From an uncultured Gammaproteobacteria bacterium (GTDB lineage: Bacteria > Pseudomonadota > Gammaproteobacteria > Steroidobacterales > Rariloculaceae): a stretch of DNA of 64,000 nt. The stretch is taken from assembly GCA_964465375.1 (NCBI GenBank), contig CAYXIJ010000001.1, positions 60,060 through 124,059 of the forward strand, read 5' to 3'. Below, in pieces: positions 8,104 through 19,772 of the stretch. Under the pieces are notes generated by a model. That model searched no databases and was not told the DNA's origin. It was given only the letters and a program-made list of their open reading frames with translations. The position numbers were made by a program, and so were the translations under genes. Every line of letters begins with the position of its first letter. The first letter of the stretch is position 1.

Positions 8104-8838
8104 ATGATTGATCTTAGTAATGAGACCGCTTTGGTAACCGGTGGGACTCGCAATATTGGATTATCCATTGCAAAAAACCTCAAAGCCGCCGGGGCCAAAG
8201 TAGGCATTATCGGAGGCTCTGATCCAGAGGTATTAGAAAAGGCAATAGAAACATTAAAAAGGGGGAATGGCGATGTTATGGGGATGCTAGCTAATGTCGC
8301 TGATGAGAAAGCTGTTATAGAGGCATACGACAAAATCGAGGCTGGACTTGGTCCCGTCTCAATTCTCGTCAATGGGGCAGCTAAACGCCCACATGAACCA
8401 CTAAAGGAGATTAGCCGTGAATCCTGGAATGCGGTTCTTGACGTCATACTCACGGGGGCTTTTTTTGCATCCCGAGAACTCTTCACTAGGCTGCCGCAGG
8501 AACGACAGGGGTCTGTTATCAATGTAGGTGGTCTCAGTGCTCACCGTCCCGCCAAAGATCGTGCTCACGTGATCTCGGCCAAAGCCGGACTGATTGGCCT
8601 AACACGGGCATTGGCTGAAGAGGGGTTAGGAAGGATTCGTGTCAACTGTGTCGTGCCTGGAGTGATCGACACGCAGCGCCTGCCAGACCAAAACCCACCC
8701 CAGTTCGACGAAGACTCAAAGTACGCTTCGGGTACACCCGAAGATGTAGCGCGCGCAGTGGTAACCTTTGCTGACCCGCGAGACGTCTATATCACAGGCC
8801 AAATACTGCATGTCAATGGCGGACGGTTGATGTCCTAG
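8104..8838 (+). CDS. short-chain dehydrogenase/reductase family protein (atypical active site)
   Basis: 244 aa with a Rossmann N-terminus (ALVTGGTRNIG) and FabG-like core (NGAA, SAKAGLIGLTRALA, VNCVVPG). The positions I align to the catalytic Ser and Tyr carry Gly and Val. Confidence 0.75.
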   Translation: MIDLSNETALVTGGTRNIGLSIAKNLKAAGAKVGIIGGSDPEVLEKAIETLKRGNGDVMGMLANVADEKAVIEAYDKIEAGLGPVSILVNGAAKRPHEPLKEISRESWNAVLDVILTGAFFASRELFTRLPQERQGSVINVGGLSAHRPAKDRAHVISAKAGLIGLTRALAEEGLGRIRVNCVVPGVIDTQRLPDQNPPQFDEDSKYASGTPEDVARAVVTFADPRDVYITGQILHVNGGRLMS

Positions 8839-8881
8839 ATCAAGCAAAAAAGATGGGCCAAGAATAAGGGTTACCTAAGAA

Positions 8882-10183
<1,302 letters not shown>

Positions 10184-10230
10184 CTAGAGGAACAAACTTA
10201 AGTTCGCAGATGGGTTATAAAAATATTTAG

Positions 10231-10623
10231 TCAAGAGCTGGAATTTGCCTCTAGAAAAAATCTCTCAAAACGCTGGCACCAAGCAATAAATACACTTCGT
10301 GCAAGTATCAGGCCCAAGAGAATTCCCACTGCATTGGCCAGCAAATCAAAGGAATCAAAGCCCCGATAAGGCAACTGGCCCTGTATCACCTCCAGAACTA
10401 AGCCCATGGCAAACAACGCTAGCGCAATAAAGATATGATACTGACGCTGATAAAGACCCGAAAACCAAGTTATCAGGATTAAATATGAACCTCCGTGTAC
10501 CAATTTATCGGCCGCTGAAAAACCTTTAACCACGATAACGGGTATTACACTACCCGCCATAACTAAAATCAGTAGTAGCCAGCCTAAGCCCAACCAAATC
10601 CGAGGATACTTAAGTGGCAACAA
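10231..10623 (-). CDS. VanZ-like family membrane protein
   Basis: 130 aa with about 4 TM segments. It carries DKLVHGGSY and EVIQ...R.FD..DLLANAVG patterns typical of VanZ-like proteins. Confidence 0.6.
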   Translation of the reverse strand: MLPLKYPRIWLGLGWLLLILVMAGSVIPVIVVKGFSAADKLVHGGSYLILITWFSGLYQRQYHIFIALALFAMGLVLEVIQGQLPYRGFDSFDLLANAVGILLGLILARSVFIAWCQRFERFFLEANSSS

Positions 10624-10628
10624 TGGAA

Positions 10629-11339
10629 CTACTCGATACTGCCAATGACGTCCACACCATCAGGAGCAGTAAATTCAAACGCACTATCTTCTATCCCTGG
10701 GTTTAGCTCCACATTGGAAAACTCAATTTGCGTAATTTGACTGAGCCCATCAATTAGCTCTAACCGCTCGGGGATGCTATCACGGAATCCAATTAGCAAA
10801 GCATTAAAATCTGCGTCCTCCGTGACGGGCCCAAGCCTTGCCCAATTCACCCCGCTCGCCTCAAAATAATCCAGCACCTCAAAGCTCTCTCGTGCTGCAC
10901 TATCCCCACTCAACAACATAGCGGGAGTCGCTGAAATCGCATTACCCAAAGGGGTAACAGTCGCCTGCGCTAACTCAATGTCATAAATCCACAAGCTTTG
11001 CCCGTCTGACAAAATTAATTGCTCAATCGGTGAAGAATAGCTCCAAAGAAAACGATTGGGTCTCCTTATCAAAACCTTGCCAGTGGCAGTCTCCACAAGC
11101 TGATTGTCTACATTCCAAAGCTGCTGACTAAAGTCGGCCGTCATGCTTTCCATGTTCCTTAAAAAAAAATCAAGCGGATGATCTTCAGTACCTGCGCTCC
11201 CGTCTAATAACTCTTGAGCAACAGCGAAACTGAGGAAATCAACTACCTCAATACACAGAAATAGCCCCGAAAAAGACAGCGCCAAGCTGGCCGAAAAACC
11301 TCCACGTCTAATCTTATTCTCATTGGCACGAAGAAACAT
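10629..11339 (-). CDS. lolA: outer-membrane lipoprotein carrier protein LolA
   Basis: LolA-like sequence (FSQQLWNVDNQLVETATGKVLIRRPNRFLWSYSSP...QSLWIYD) in the conserved position downstream of ftsK. The start is trimmed to MFLRAN inside track ORF 10629..11390. Confidence 0.85.
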   Translation of the reverse strand: MFLRANENKIRRGGFSASLALSFSGLFLCIEVVDFLSFAVAQELLDGSAGTEDHPLDFFLRNMESMTADFSQQLWNVDNQLVETATGKVLIRRPNRFLWSYSSPIEQLILSDGQSLWIYDIELAQATVTPLGNAISATPAMLLSGDSAARESFEVLDYFEASGVNWARLGPVTEDADFNALLIGFRDSIPERLELIDGLSQITQIEFSNVELNPGIEDSAFEFTAPDGVDVIGSIE

Positions 11340-11343
11340 TCGC

Positions 11344-13641
11344 CTAATCATTATCCGGCGGTGGTGGCGCAAGTACTTCCCTGGAGCCATTAGGTTGCAA
11401 GCTACTCACGATTCCGGCGCTTTCCATGGTTTCCACCATTCTCGCAGCTCGGTTGTAGCCAATCTTTAAGCGACGTTGAACACCAGAAATAGAAGCCCTT
11501 CGGGTCTCCGTCACCACTTGAACCGCCTGGTCATAAAGTGGGTCCTGCTCTCCATCGACCCCATCAGTGCTAATCGATTCAAGACCAGGGGTCTCACCTG
11601 GAGGGCCCTCCAGTACTTCAGGTATGAATGAGGGTGTACCGACGGCCTTCAGAGATTTGACCACTGCATGCACTTCGTTATCCGACACAAACGCTCCATG
11701 AATGCGTGTAGGCATTGCGGTACCAGGAGGAAGGAACAACATATCGCCATGGCCCAGTAATTGTTCCGCGCCCATCTGATCTAGAATCGTTCGAGAATCC
11801 ACCTTAGCAGATACCTGAAAAGCAATACGGCAAGGTATATTCGCCTTAATTAGGCCTGTAATTACATCAACCGACGGACGTTGAGTGGCAATGATCATAT
11901 GGATCCCTGAGGCTCGGGCCTTTTGCGCAAGTCGAGCAATCAATTCCTCCACTTTTTTTCCTACCATCATCATCATATCGGCAAGCTCATCTATGATTAC
12001 AACCACATAGGGTAATGGCTGCAGAGAGGGTGCCGCTTCTTCCGAATCATCATCAGCTTGGAATATAGGATCTGGAATTGGCCGACCCTTTGCAATCGCG
12101 TCATTGACCTTTCGGTTATAGCTTGAAATATGTCTTACGCCCATCGCGGCCATAAGAGAGTAACGTCGCTCCATCTCGGCCACACACCAGCGCAAAGAGT
12201 TGGCTGCTTGCTTCATATCTGTAACCACAGGCGCCAAGAGGTGAGGAATGCCTTCGTAGACAGAAAGCTCCAGCATCTTCGGATCAATCATAATAAGTCT
12301 TATGTGCTCTGGTGAGGATTTGTAGAGCAAACTTAAAACCATGGCATTGAGTGCTACAGATTTACCTGAGCCGGTGGTACCAGCAATCAAAAGATGTGGC
12401 ATTCTGGCAAGATCAGCAACCATTGGTTGGCCGCCAATATCCTTACCTAAGGCTAGAGTAAGCGGCGAACTTAGATCATCATAGACACGAGACTTGATTA
12501 TCTCGCCCAGGGCTACCAATTCGCGTACTTCATTGGGTATCTCAAGGCCCACGAAGGGCTTGCCAGCAATAACCTCTACAACCCGGACGCTCACAGTGGA
12601 AAGTGAGCGCGCCAAATCTTTAGACAGATTACTGATCTGACTAACCTTAACACCAGCAGCGGGCTTGATCTCGAAGCGAGTGACTACAGGACCCGGATGC
12701 ACAGCGACAACCTCCGCTTCAATTCCAAAATCCCCTAACTTTAGCTCCACCAATCGGGACATTGCTTGCAGAGCGTCATCAGAATATCCACCCTCTGCCG
12801 GTGGTGGGTCATCCAGTAATGATAAGGGGGGCAGCTCTGAAGATTTCGGTGGCTCGAACAATGGTACCTGTCGCTCGCGCTCCAGCCGGACACTGGATTC
12901 TACTTTTTCAAATAGTGGCTCGATCCGCGGTGAGGTAACTTTAGTTCTAGAAAGTTTTTTACTTATTACTGTTTGTCGCTGTTGCTTTGCGCGGCGTCCC
13001 TCAATCCAAGCTAGAAATCGACTAAACCACGTCTGCCCGAAACTGAAAGCAACAAATACTGCGTGACCAATGCGATCCATTGCTGAGATCCACGAGATGC
13101 CAGTAGTTAAGGAAACCGAAACTAACCAGCAGACAACCAAAAGAACCGTCGCGCCCAATAGTCCAAGCACACGCTCAAGCCCTTCTCCCACCCATTGCCC
13201 AACAATACCTCCTGAGGTTTCATACATTTCTGGAGAAATAAAATGCAAAGTTGCTAAACCACAGCTAGTTGCCATGATAAGAACAAACCCAGAAATCTTT
13301 ACTGCAATGCCTACCCAGTTAAATTTGGGGTCCTGCTTATTACGATCACGGAAAAGTAAAATACCAAAAAGAAAAGAGAGGGCAGGAAAAAGATATGCAG
13401 GCCGACCAAAAAATAAATAAGCCAAATCTGCGAACCAAGCACCCGCGGGCCCCATGCGATTGGCAACCTCATCACTGCCCCCAGCAACACTGAATGCTGA
13501 ATCCGAGACGTTATAGCTGGCGAGCGCTACAAATAACATAATGCTCAGACCCACAAGTAACCATAGCGCAGACTCCCTCAGCCCCCGAATTCGGGGCACA
13601 AAAAAGGCTCTGGCCATACTACTGGGCTTCACAATGCTCAC
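11344..13641 (-). CDS. ftsK: DNA translocase FtsK
   Basis: 765 aa. N-terminal TM segments, a Pro-rich linker, the motor domain with Walker A GTTGSGKS, and a gamma winged-helix domain ([20 protein letters not shown]). Confidence 0.95.
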   Translation of the reverse strand: MSIVKPSSMARAFFVPRIRGLRESALWLLVGLSIMLFVALASYNVSDSAFSVAGGSDEVANRMGPAGAWFADLAYLFFGRPAYLFPALSFLFGILLFRDRNKQDPKFNWVGIAVKISGFVLIMATSCGLATLHFISPEMYETSGGIVGQWVGEGLERVLGLLGATVLLVVCWLVSVSLTTGISWISAMDRIGHAVFVAFSFGQTWFSRFLAWIEGRRAKQQRQTVISKKLSRTKVTSPRIEPLFEKVESSVRLERERQVPLFEPPKSSELPPLSLLDDPPPAEGGYSDDALQAMSRLVELKLGDFGIEAEVVAVHPGPVVTRFEIKPAAGVKVSQISNLSKDLARSLSTVSVRVVEVIAGKPFVGLEIPNEVRELVALGEIIKSRVYDDLSSPLTLALGKDIGGQPMVADLARMPHLLIAGTTGSGKSVALNAMVLSLLYKSSPEHIRLIMIDPKMLELSVYEGIPHLLAPVVTDMKQAANSLRWCVAEMERRYSLMAAMGVRHISSYNRKVNDAIAKGRPIPDPIFQADDDSEEAAPSLQPLPYVVVIIDELADMMMMVGKKVEELIARLAQKARASGIHMIIATQRPSVDVITGLIKANIPCRIAFQVSAKVDSRTILDQMGAEQLLGHGDMLFLPPGTAMPTRIHGAFVSDNEVHAVVKSLKAVGTPSFIPEVLEGPPGETPGLESISTDGVDGEQDPLYDQAVQVVTETRRASISGVQRRLKIGYNRAARMVETMESAGIVSSLQPNGSREVLAPPPPDND

Positions 13642-13758
13642 ATTTTACGATAATAAATATGGTTAAGATACTGATTAAATAGAAAACCCAATTCCCAAAA
13701 ACTCAGAAACCCTGATAGCACTCTAGTGGCTGGGGTACGATCTTGGCATAGTATAGGC

Positions 13759-14928
13759 ATGATCCCAGGACTTCGACTGAATCAGCATAATAGCATTCTT
13801 GAATTGGATGCTCTGTCCTGGAATCAGCTGGCGGGAGATTCACCCTTTTTACGCCATGAGTTCCTTGCGGCCCTAGAAAAAACAGGTTGCGTAGACGGAG
13901 AAACCGCTTGGCAATCTAGACATCTAACGGTTACAGACCACACGAATAAACTTCTGGGGGCATTACCTTTATACATAAAATACAATTCACTCGGAGAATA
14001 TGTATTTGATTGGAGCTGGGCTGATTCTTATGACGCTACAGGCCTACCCTATTATCCGAAACTGGTATCTGCAGTTCCTTTTACGCCGGCGACTGGGCGC
14101 CGGTTTTTGGTCGCGCCTGAATTAGATTTCTCAGGTGTGGTGCCAGTACTTTTAAGTGGTGCGCGTGAACTTGCAGATGAATTGAGCGCCTCCTCCCTTC
14201 ACATTCTTTTTCCTACTGAGCACGAACAGTCCTACCTAGATAGCAAAGGTATAATGACCCGCAAAGGCTGCCAATTTCACTGGCATAACCACAATTACAG
14301 TCATTTTGATGATTTTCTCAGCTGTTTCACTTCATCAAAAAGAAAAAAAGTTAAGAGAGAGCGCAAAAGAATAACTGAAGCGGGCATCCAATTTGAGCAC
14401 ATGTACGGTAACCAGATCAGCGCAGGTGACTGGGAGACAATTTTCAGTTTTTACGCCAGAACATTTTATCGTAGAGGGCACGCTCCATACCTTAATCATG
14501 CTTTTTTTGCCGAAATAGCGAGAACAATGCCAGAAAACCTTCTAATCATTCTCGCGCGCTATGGCGGGCATCCAATTGCAGCGGCAATCTGTTTCCGTAA
14601 TCAGCACACTCTTTACGGGAGATATTGGGGATGCCTAGCTGATTTCCATAGCCTTCACTTCGAGTGTTGCTACTACCAAGGCATCAAGTATTGTATTGAA
14701 GAAAAAATTCAGATATTTGAACCTGGAACCCAAGGTGAACACAAAATAAGCCGTGGCTTCATACCTACCGCTACTTGGTCTAATCACTGGATCACAAACC
14801 AAGAGTTTGGTGATGCAGTTGCAGATTTTTTACGTCGTGAGCGTCTACACATAGATGCCTACATGGAGGAAACCGCTAACCACACACCCTATCGGAATGA
14901 TCTATCCCCTTCCTTGTCACCTCGATGA
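13759..14928 (+). CDS. FemAB-like/GNAT-fold protein (DUF482 family)
   Basis: About 390 aa. N-terminus ...WNQLAGDSPFLRHEFLAALEKTGC and ...FEPGTQGEHKISRGF match my memory of the DUF482 'peptidoglycan biosynthesis/recognition' family. It overlaps aat by 4 nt. The start is uncertain (13726 or 13759). Confidence 0.6.
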   Translation: MIPGLRLNQHNSILELDALSWNQLAGDSPFLRHEFLAALEKTGCVDGETAWQSRHLTVTDHTNKLLGALPLYIKYNSLGEYVFDWSWADSYDATGLPYYPKLVSAVPFTPATGRRFLVAPELDFSGVVPVLLSGARELADELSASSLHILFPTEHEQSYLDSKGIMTRKGCQFHWHNHNYSHFDDFLSCFTSSKRKKVKRERKRITEAGIQFEHMYGNQISAGDWETIFSFYARTFYRRGHAPYLNHAFFAEIARTMPENLLIILARYGGHPIAAAICFRNQHTLYGRYWGCLADFHSLHFECCYYQGIKYCIEEKIQIFEPGTQGEHKISRGFIPTATWSNHWITNQEFGDAVADFLRRERLHIDAYMEETANHTPYRNDLSPSLSPR

Positions 14929-15650
14929 ATACTCTACAGTGGCTATCAGCTGATGATTCTCCGGGGATTTTTCCTTGCCCCAACGAGGCACTAACAGATC
15001 CTAATGGGTTACTAGCTGCGGGCGGAGACCTTAGCAGCGAGCGTTTACTGTTGGCTTACTCACAGGGAATCTTTCCTTGGTATGAAGAAGGTCAGCCCAT
15101 TTTATGGTGGTCACCCGAACCACGTGCAGTGCTTTGGCCAAAAGAGATTAGGGTCTCAAGAACACTTCATCGAAAAATACGGCGTAAAGCATTCTCTGTG
15201 AGTGCCGACCGAGCTTTCAGTGATGTACTTCGCGGTTGTACAAAAGAACGTGGTGATGGAAATAGAACCTGGATTACCAAGGAAATGGGGCATGCTTATC
15301 AAAATCTTCATGAACTTGGATGGGCGCATTCCTTTGAGGCGTGGCAAGATGAAGTACTCGTTGGCGGTCTTTACGGAGTTGGGATTGGTCAAGTTTTTTT
15401 TGGGGAGTCCATGTTCTCTAAAAAAAATGATGCGTCAAAAGTAGCATTAGTTAAAGCAAATGAGTACTTACAGTGTCGTGGATACAAATTAATAGACTGC
15501 CAAGTATGGTCGACACACCTTGGAAGTCTTGGGGCAAGACTCATGCCACGACAAAAATTTCTCGACATACTTGCACAACTTTGCGAACCTCCTGGTAATC
15601 CCGAGCTTTGGGTAAAAGGGTTTGACGCGTTCGCCAAAGAATCAAAATAA
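14925..15650 (+). CDS. aat: leucyl/phenylalanyl-tRNA--protein transferase
   Basis: 241 aa. Contains GLLAAGGDLS..RLL.AY.QGIFPWY and PILWWSPEPR motifs. Lies in aat-infA-clpA synteny. Confidence 0.9.
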   Translation: MNTLQWLSADDSPGIFPCPNEALTDPNGLLAAGGDLSSERLLLAYSQGIFPWYEEGQPILWWSPEPRAVLWPKEIRVSRTLHRKIRRKAFSVSADRAFSDVLRGCTKERGDGNRTWITKEMGHAYQNLHELGWAHSFEAWQDEVLVGGLYGVGIGQVFFGESMFSKKNDASKVALVKANEYLQCRGYKLIDCQVWSTHLGSLGARLMPRQKFLDILAQLCEPPGNPELWVKGFDAFAKESK

Positions 15651-15755
15651 ACACAACTACCGATTTCAAAGATAACCCTAAGTTAACCCCTGCCATTGCT
15701 TGGCTCGCAGGAGGTGTGCAACAATCCCCAGCTATATTAAGAAGATTTTAGCCGT

Positions 15756-15974
15756 ATGCCCAAAGAAGAAGCATTACAGATGGAAGGCTTGGTGGTGGAA
15801 ACACTACCGAACACTACTTTTCGTGTAGAACTAGAAAACGGGCATGTTGTTACTGCGCATATCTCTGGAAAAATGCGGAAAAATTATATACGAATTCTTA
15901 AAGGCGACGAAGTGACCGTGGAACTTACGCCATATGATTTAAGTAAAGGTCGTATTATTTACCGAGCCCGATGA
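15756..15974 (+). CDS. infA: translation initiation factor IF-1
   Basis: 72 aa: [66 protein letters not shown]. Confidence 0.97.
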   Translation: MPKEEALQMEGLVVETLPNTTFRVELENGHVVTAHISGKMRKNYIRILKGDEVTVELTPYDLSKGRIIYRAR

Positions 15975-16042
15975 AAGCCGTGGGGTAAGGTGAACTATTA
16001 ATTTCTAGATAAAGTTCACACATTTTAAAAATCTAATTTAGT

Positions 16043-18325
16043 CTACGATTCAGCCAGATCCTCAGGTGCCATTGTGGTTGCCTCAGCAGTAAGCATCAAG
16101 CCCTTACCATCTTTCGCTAGAGCTACATACACATGACCACCTTTGGAAAGTTTTCCGAATAGAAGCTCCTCGGCCAACGGCCGCTTGATATGTTTCTGGA
16201 TTACGCGAGCCATTGGCCGCGCGCCCATTTTCTTGTCATAACCCCTTGACGCAATCCAATTTCGTGCTGTCGGCTCTAACTCGATAGTTACACCATTTTT
16301 ATCGAGCTGGGCCTCCAACTCAACGATAAGTTTATCAACTACCCTAAGAATGGACTTTCTTTCTAGCACATCAAATTGGATGATCGCGTCCAATCGATTT
16401 CGAAATTCGGGAGAAAAGATTTTCTTAATAGCTTCCGCTGAATCTCCAGAATGATCCTGTACGGTAAAACCAACCGAAGCACGGCTCATCTCATGAGCGC
16501 CAGCATTAGTAGTCATTACTATTATGACATTATGAAAATCTGCTTTTCGACCATTGTTATCGGTTAAGGTGCCGTGATCCATAACCTGCAAAAGCAAATT
16601 GAATACCTCAGGATGCGCCTTCTCTATTTCATCCAACAATAAAACACAGTGGGGATTCTTAGTAATTGCCTCCGTCAATAGTCCACCTTGATCAAAGCCT
16701 ACGTACCCGGGTGGAGCACCAATCAAGCGCGACACTGTATGACGCTCCAGATACTCAGACATATCAAAACGTACCAACTCAACCCCCATGGTCATTGCAA
16801 GCTGCCGAGTAACCTCAGTTTTTCCGACACCCGTAGGGCCCGAAAAAAGAAAAGCGCCAACCGGCCTCTGATCATCACCCAAGCCCGAGCGCGACATCCT
16901 GATAGAACCGACTAGCGCTGAAATAGCGCGATCTTGGCCAAAAATGACTAGCTTCAGGTCCCGCTCCAAATTACGTAGCACGTCTCGGTCCGACGTAGAA
17001 ACACTTTTTGGTGGTATTCTGGCTATCTTCGCTACGATGCTTTGAATAAGCTCCACATCTACCAACTCTTCTCTCTCTTCCTTAGGTTGCAAACGACGAT
17101 TAGCGCCTGCCTCATCGATCACATCGATAGCTTTATCAGGCAACTGACGGTCCCCAATATGCTTACTGGATAGCTCAGCGGCAGCCATAAGTGCCTCATC
17201 TTCGTAGCGCACGCCATGATGTTCCTCAAAGCGGCTTTTGAGTCCGCGTAATATCTCTACAGTCTCAAAAACAGTTGGCTCTGCAATCTCAATTTTCTGG
17301 AACCGCCTCGCAAGCGCATGATCTTTTTCAAAAATTCCACGAAACTCTGAGTAGGTCGTAGAGCCAATACAGCGTATCTCACCGTTGGCAAGTACAGGCT
17401 TGATTAGATTAGAAGCATCCATTACACCCCCTGATGTCGCGCCAGCGCCAATAAGGGTGTGAATCTCATCAATAAACAAAATAGCTCCGATTTCCTTCTT
17501 CAGCTCAGACACCACACCCTTTAGCCGCTGCTCAAAATCACCTCGATACTTGGTACCTGCAATAAGAGAGCCCATATCTAATGCATAGATTGTGCAGTCG
17601 CTCAGCACTTCTGGTACCTGATCCTCAACTATTAATCGAGCGAGACCCTCGGCTAAAGCCGTCTTCCCAACACCTGCCTCTCCAACAAACAGTGGGTTAT
17701 TCTTTTGGCGCCGACAAAGAATTTGAACGGTACGCTCAATTTCTACTTCGCGGCTTATGAGTGGATCGATCCGCCCCGCTTTAGCTTGAGCATTTAGATT
17801 TGTAGTAAAAAGCTCCAATGCTGTCGCACGCGAATTTTTCTGATCAGATTCGGTAACTTGATCTCCATCAACACGATCCGACTTGTCCCCCGAAACCTTT
17901 GAAATGCCATGAGAAATATAATTAACAACATCTAGACGAGCCACGTCGTGCAAACCAAGGAAATACACTGCTTGAGATTGCTTTTCATTAAACAGAGAAA
18001 CAAGCACATTAGTCGGTGTCACTTCCTTCTTACCACTGGATTGCACATGAAATACAGCACGCTGCAAAACTCTTTGAAATCCAAGTGTCGGCTGTACGTC
18101 CACCTCATCGTCTTGCTTTAAACGCGGCGTGGACTCTCCAATAAATTGCTTGAGCTCTACTTGCAAGGGCCCAATCTCTGCGCCACAAGCCTCGAGAATT
18201 TCTACCACCCGGGGGACATCCATTAAGGCCAAAAGAAGATGTTCCGCCGTTATAAATTCGTGGGACTCATCACGCGCCTCTTGAAAAGCGCTATTAAGAC
18301 AATATTCTAACTCCATCGACAGCAT
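16043..18325 (-). CDS. clpA: ATP-dependent Clp protease ATP-binding subunit ClpA
   Basis: Two AAA+ modules (Walker A GEAGVGKTA and GPTGVGKTE). The start is trimmed to [11 protein letters not shown], which overlaps the clpS stop (TGATG). The track ORF extends to 18430. Confidence 0.95.
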   Translation of the reverse strand: MLSMELEYCLNSAFQEARDESHEFITAEHLLLALMDVPRVVEILEACGAEIGPLQVELKQFIGESTPRLKQDDEVDVQPTLGFQRVLQRAVFHVQSSGKKEVTPTNVLVSLFNEKQSQAVYFLGLHDVARLDVVNYISHGISKVSGDKSDRVDGDQVTESDQKNSRATALELFTTNLNAQAKAGRIDPLISREVEIERTVQILCRRQKNNPLFVGEAGVGKTALAEGLARLIVEDQVPEVLSDCTIYALDMGSLIAGTKYRGDFEQRLKGVVSELKKEIGAILFIDEIHTLIGAGATSGGVMDASNLIKPVLANGEIRCIGSTTYSEFRGIFEKDHALARRFQKIEIAEPTVFETVEILRGLKSRFEEHHGVRYEDEALMAAAELSSKHIGDRQLPDKAIDVIDEAGANRRLQPKEEREELVDVELIQSIVAKIARIPPKSVSTSDRDVLRNLERDLKLVIFGQDRAISALVGSIRMSRSGLGDDQRPVGAFLFSGPTGVGKTEVTRQLAMTMGVELVRFDMSEYLERHTVSRLIGAPPGYVGFDQGGLLTEAITKNPHCVLLLDEIEKAHPEVFNLLLQVMDHGTLTDNNGRKADFHNVIIVMTTNAGAHEMSRASVGFTVQDHSGDSAEAIKKIFSPEFRNRLDAIIQFDVLERKSILRVVDKLIVELEAQLDKNGVTIELEPTARNWIASRGYDKKMGARPMARVIQKHIKRPLAEELLFGKLSKGGHVYVALAKDGKGLMLTAEATTMAPEDLAES

Positions 18326-18654
18326 CAATTCTCCTCCATAGTACAAAACAAGGGATGCTGATGCTGCTGCGCTAGGCCTGCAACCTGAGCAACTTTCGTT
18401 TCGGCAATTTCGTAGGTGAAAGTGCCGCAAACACCCTTACCCTTGGTGTGGACTTCAAGCATGATGCGTGTTGCTGCGTTACGATCCAGTAAAAAAATGT
18501 CCTGCAATATCTGTACCACAAACTCCATCGGAGTGTAATCATCATTGAGTAAAATAACACGGTAAAGGGGTGGTTTTTTGAGTTGAGGACGCGCGTCCTC
18601 TACTGCCAAACCTGGATCCTGGTCGATATCAGTTTTGGGGTATTCGCTGCTCAT
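18325..18654 (-). CDS. clpS: ATP-dependent Clp protease adaptor ClpS
   Basis: 109 aa with the conserved core [20 protein letters not shown]. Confidence 0.95.
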   Translation of the reverse strand: MSSEYPKTDIDQDPGLAVEDARPQLKKPPLYRVILLNDDYTPMEFVVQILQDIFLLDRNAATRIMLEVHTKGKGVCGTFTYEIAETKVAQVAGLAQQHQHPLFCTMEEN

Positions 18655-18834
18655 AATAGGTAATTTTATAGGCCGTTACCCAAATTTACAGCCTGCTGAC
18701 TGGTAAAAATTTGAGTCAAAACTACATACACTAAATCTGCACAACGACAGTTTGGGCTTAAAATCCTCTGGTTCACTTGTCCCAGATGCTCCTGCTACCT
18801 ATCATGGCTCCTAAGAGCGGCTTGTTGGTACACA

Positions 18835-19752
18835 ATGAATCTAGCAATACACTTCCCTAAGCTCAAGGGGAAAGCCTTAGGATGGCAGTCTAGAGCTGTG
18901 AGCCGCTGGGGGAGACTCTGGGTAAGTGGCGTACTAATTATCGCTGCGACCTACAAACTGGCAGAGCTGACATGGATGTTACTACCGGAAGGGCTGCCAC
19001 CTCCTCAGCAGACCCTTGTTCCCGTACCTCCCTTATCCCAACCTTTGAGCAATTTGGGCCCAAGTGTGGATATTGACAACCAGATAATTGAGGCACACCT
19101 TTTTGGCATTGCACCCTCAGAATCTCTCGATTTAATGACTGAGGCAATAATAGAAGCTCCAGAGACCACTTTAAATCTGAAACTAGCTGGCATGGTTCAT
19201 GTATCGGGCGAAGAGAGTCAACACAGTAGCGCAATTATAGCTAGTGGTAGCGGGAAGCAAAAAACTTATCAAGTAGGTCAAGCTATCGACGGTGGTGGTG
19301 GCGCTAAGCTGCATTCTGTGCTCGATAACCGTGTGTTAGTTATTCGTGCTGGTCAACTAGAAAGTCTAAGTTTGCCCAGAAAGGAATCTGGAAACTCCCT
19401 TACAGTTACCCCAAGAGTTGCAAGAGTCGCCACAACCATACCAGTTCGCGAAATGATCAGTCCCAATGCATCCAAGATTACCGATATCATTCGGGTCGCA
19501 CCACACATTGAGCAGGGGCAAATGGTCGGCTTTCGGGTCACTTCGGGCAAAGAACAGCAACAATTTACCTCGGCCGGCGATGTAGTAACAGATATCAATG
19601 GAACGCCCATGAATGATCCCAGCAGAGGGATTCAAGTATTTGAGTCCTTAGGAGAGGGCGCTACTGCGAATGTTACCGTTATACGAGAGGGAGAAACTCA
19701 AGTCTTAGCGGTCGATACAAGCCAGTTAGGCAACTTATTAGATAACCGCTAG
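18835..19752 (+). CDS. gspC: type II secretion system protein C
   Basis: 305 aa with an N-terminal TM anchor and a C-terminal PDZ-like segment (GDVVTDINGTPMNDP). It sits immediately upstream of gspD. Confidence 0.75.
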   Translation: MNLAIHFPKLKGKALGWQSRAVSRWGRLWVSGVLIIAATYKLAELTWMLLPEGLPPPQQTLVPVPPLSQPLSNLGPSVDIDNQIIEAHLFGIAPSESLDLMTEAIIEAPETTLNLKLAGMVHVSGEESQHSSAIIASGSGKQKTYQVGQAIDGGGGAKLHSVLDNRVLVIRAGQLESLSLPRKESGNSLTVTPRVARVATTIPVREMISPNASKITDIIRVAPHIEQGQMVGFRVTSGKEQQQFTSAGDVVTDINGTPMNDPSRGIQVFESLGEGATANVTVIREGETQVLAVDTSQLGNLLDNR

Positions 19753-19772
19753 CAGCTTATGGAATATCACTT

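Noticed and set aside
16043-18430. A 35-codon N-terminal extension of clpA in the track ORF. Similar extensions occur in lolA, gspE, maf, rne, era, rlmD, oxd, ptp and others.
   Set aside because: The extensions overlap the upstream genes and lack homology to the known N-termini. Internal starts reproduce the canonical N-termini, for example MLSMELEY.. for ClpA and [14 protein letters not shown].. for RNase E.
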